Assembly: GCA_038147395.1 (NCBI GenBank)
Contig: JAYQTM010000001.1
Location: forward strand, 6,287 to 70,286
DNA length: 64,000 bases
Direction of reading: 5' to 3'
Source: Candidatus Eutrophovita brisbanensis
Lineage (GTDB): Bacteria > Pseudomonadota > Gammaproteobacteria > Burkholderiales > Eutrophovitaceae
The position numbers and the translations under genes are program-made. A model generated the notes under the pieces. The model was not told where the DNA came from. It was given only the letters and a program-made list of their open reading frames with translations, and made no database searches. Position 1 is the first letter of the stretch, and each line of letters begins with the position of its first letter. Shown one piece after another: positions 62,192 to 64,000 of the stretch.

Positions 62192-63193
62192 ATGAATATC
62201 GGACCACTTAATTTTGATACTCCGGTCATAGCAGCGCCAATGGCCGGGGTAACAGATAAACCGTTCAGGAATCTGTGCTATCAGCTCGGAGCCTCATACT
62301 CTGTGTCTGAAATGATCACCTCCGATACAAAATTATGGAATTCCAAAAAAACAAGATATCGACTGGATCACTCCGGGCAGAGCGGTCCCATCGTCGTTCA
62401 AATCGCGGGCACATCACCAGTTCAAATGGCTGAAGCAGCGAAACTTAACGCAGATCTGGGTGCTGAAATCATCGATATCAACATGGGCTGCCCGGCAAAA
62501 AAAGTGTGTAAAGTCGCCGCCGGGTCTGCGCTGCTGAAACATGAGAAATTAGTTGCTGATATTTTAGAGGCCACCGTCAATTCAGTCAGTGTGCCAGTGA
62601 CATTAAAAATTAGAACAGGCTGGGATCACGACTCAAAGAACGCCGTCAACATTGCATCAATCGCTGAACAGTCAGGCATTCAAGCGATCGCGATACATGG
62701 CCGCACGCGTAATGATTTTTTTAACGGTGAGGCGGAGTACGACACCATCCGACACGTCAAAGAGAGTACTTCGATACCTGTGATCGCGAACGGCGACATA
62801 GAGACACCAGAAAAAGCAAAACAAGTATTGGCAGCGACAAAAGCGGATGCAGTAATGATTGGACGCGCCGCTCAAGGGCGCCCATGGATTTTTCGAGAAA
62901 TAACGCACTACCTGAAATACGGCACTCTTTTACAACCGCTCACACCTGACGAAATTTGTGACATCCTCGTAAAACATCTGCTCGCGCTATATGAGTTTTA
63001 TGGTGAGGAGCACGGTGTTCGTATTGCGCGCAAACATGTTGGTTGGTATCTGAAATCTTATGACTTCTCGGGTGAGGTTCGGCGCCGATTCAATACCCTT
63101 CCAGATTCAAAATCGCAAACTGATGCGATAATGAAAGTCTTTTCAACTCACTTTCCACTAACAGACCAGAAACCAGAGCGCGAAGCGGCATGA
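62192..63193 (+). CDS. dusB: tRNA-dihydrouridine synthase B
   Basis: ATG at 62192; APMAGVTD.PFR, IDINMGCPAKKV, TLKIRTGW, HGRTR, ANGDI, MIGRAAQGRPWIF. Confidence 0.96.
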   Translation: MNIGPLNFDTPVIAAPMAGVTDKPFRNLCYQLGASYSVSEMITSDTKLWNSKKTRYRLDHSGQSGPIVVQIAGTSPVQMAEAAKLNADLGAEIIDINMGCPAKKVCKVAAGSALLKHEKLVADILEATVNSVSVPVTLKIRTGWDHDSKNAVNIASIAEQSGIQAIAIHGRTRNDFFNGEAEYDTIRHVKESTSIPVIANGDIETPEKAKQVLAATKADAVMIGRAAQGRPWIFREITHYLKYGTLLQPLTPDEICDILVKHLLALYEFYGEEHGVRIARKHVGWYLKSYDFSGEVRRRFNTLPDSKSQTDAIMKVFSTHFPLTDQKPEREAA

Positions 63194-63426
63194 GCAAGCA
63201 GTCTCCCTTAACCAATGCGGTCAAACAATCAGTAGCTTCTTTTTATCGCGACTTGGGCGACGAAAAAGTCTCTGGGATGTATCACATGGTCGTCAATGCG
63301 GTTGAAAAAGTTCTCATTGAAGATGTCTTAAAACGATCTGAAGGTAACCAGAGCATCGCCGCACGGGCCCTGGGAATCAATCGCAATACACTGCGCGCAA
63401 AAATGAAAAAGTTTGGGATTTTGTAA
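63190..63426 (+). CDS. fis: Fis-family DNA-binding protein
   Basis: VEK.LI..VL....GNQS.AA..LGINRNTLR.K helix-turn-helix in dusB-fis-purH order. Confidence 0.92.
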   Translation: MSKQSPLTNAVKQSVASFYRDLGDEKVSGMYHMVVNAVEKVLIEDVLKRSEGNQSIAARALGINRNTLRAKMKKFGIL

Positions 63427-63456
63427 ACGAGTCATAACAATAAAAATGGACAAGCA

Positions 63457-64000
63457 ATGCAATTAAAAAAGCAAGCCTTAATCAGCGTCTCCGATAAAAC
63501 CGGCATCATTGAATTCGCAAAGTCACTCTCTGAAATAGGCTACTCGATCCTATCAACTGGTGGAACGGCAAGAAGCATCTCAGAAACGGGCATCCCAGTG
63601 ACCGAGATAGGCGATTACACTGGGTTCCCTGAAATGCTCGATGGACGAGTCAAGACATTACATCCAAAAGTACACGCAGGGATTTTGTCTCGCCGCGATA
63701 TCGCAACACACGTACAGGCACTTAAAGAGCATGAAATTCCCACGATTGACCTGGTCGTTGTCAATCTTTACCCGTTCGCGCAGACTGTTGCCAAGCCTGA
63801 TTGCTCGCTTGAGGATGCCATCGAAAATATCGATATTGGTGGGCCCACCATGGTAAGAGCTGCGGCTAAAAACTGGGAACATGTTGGCATCGTCACAGAT
63901 CCAGAGGACTACTCGCGTATCATCGATGAATTAAGAAATTCAAAAGAAAAGACGCTGTCTCGTGAAACGCGCTTTTCTCTGTGCCAAAAAGCATTTTCTC
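63457..64000 (+). CDS. purH: Bifunctional AICAR transformylase/IMP cyclohydrolase (runs off the right edge)
   Basis: [72 protein letters not shown]. Confidence 0.96.
   Translation, partial: MQLKKQALISVSDKTGIIEFAKSLSEIGYSILSTGGTARSISETGIPVTEIGDYTGFPEMLDGRVKTLHPKVHAGILSRRDIATHVQALKEHEIPTIDLVVVNLYPFAQTVAKPDCSLEDAIENIDIGGPTMVRAAAKNWEHVGIVTDPEDYSRIIDELRNSKEKTLSRETRFSLCQKAFS

Overview
Chromosomal segment of a compact betaproteobacterial genome (inferred from the GroEL and GltB sequences and gene order; probably aquatic). It looks like a long-read or metagenome assembly with homopolymer-type indels. Bases 1-14.85 kb are a minus-strand surface-glycan island in which almost every gene is frameshifted. 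It holds a WecD-like GNAT, polysaccharide deacetylase, formyltransferase, NeuB-family nonulosonate synthase, NAD epimerase, DegT aminotransferase, Gfo/Idh/MocA oxidoreductase, SpsF-like cytidylyltransferase, WbpA-like dehydrogenase, PglK/MsbA-like ABC flippase, fcl, gmd, a 5'-truncated manC, a tRNA-Phe lacking its T-arm and an O-antigen-ligase-like remnant. The rest is mostly core genome: SSS transporter/DUF4212, groESL (CIRCE plus sigma32-like promoter), dacB-glmU-glmS, a small accessory patch after glmS, SDR-dsbA-dsbA-SPOR-argS-priA-hemE-gltDB-dgt-aroBK, mrcA, hemB-engB, cytochrome c4, hemL-thiE-thiD, rubredoxin-gloA, rsmA-surA-lptD, amgK-murU-paiB-pepP-ubiH-dusB-fis-purH. I found no CRISPR array, transposase, integrase or prophage, and I cannot support a clearly new biological system. 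The best leads are the unusual nonulosonate/formylation glycan cluster, the T-armless tRNA-Phe at an abrupt junction, tandem non-canonical DsbAs and the post-glmS patch. Several oddities are probably assembly artefacts.
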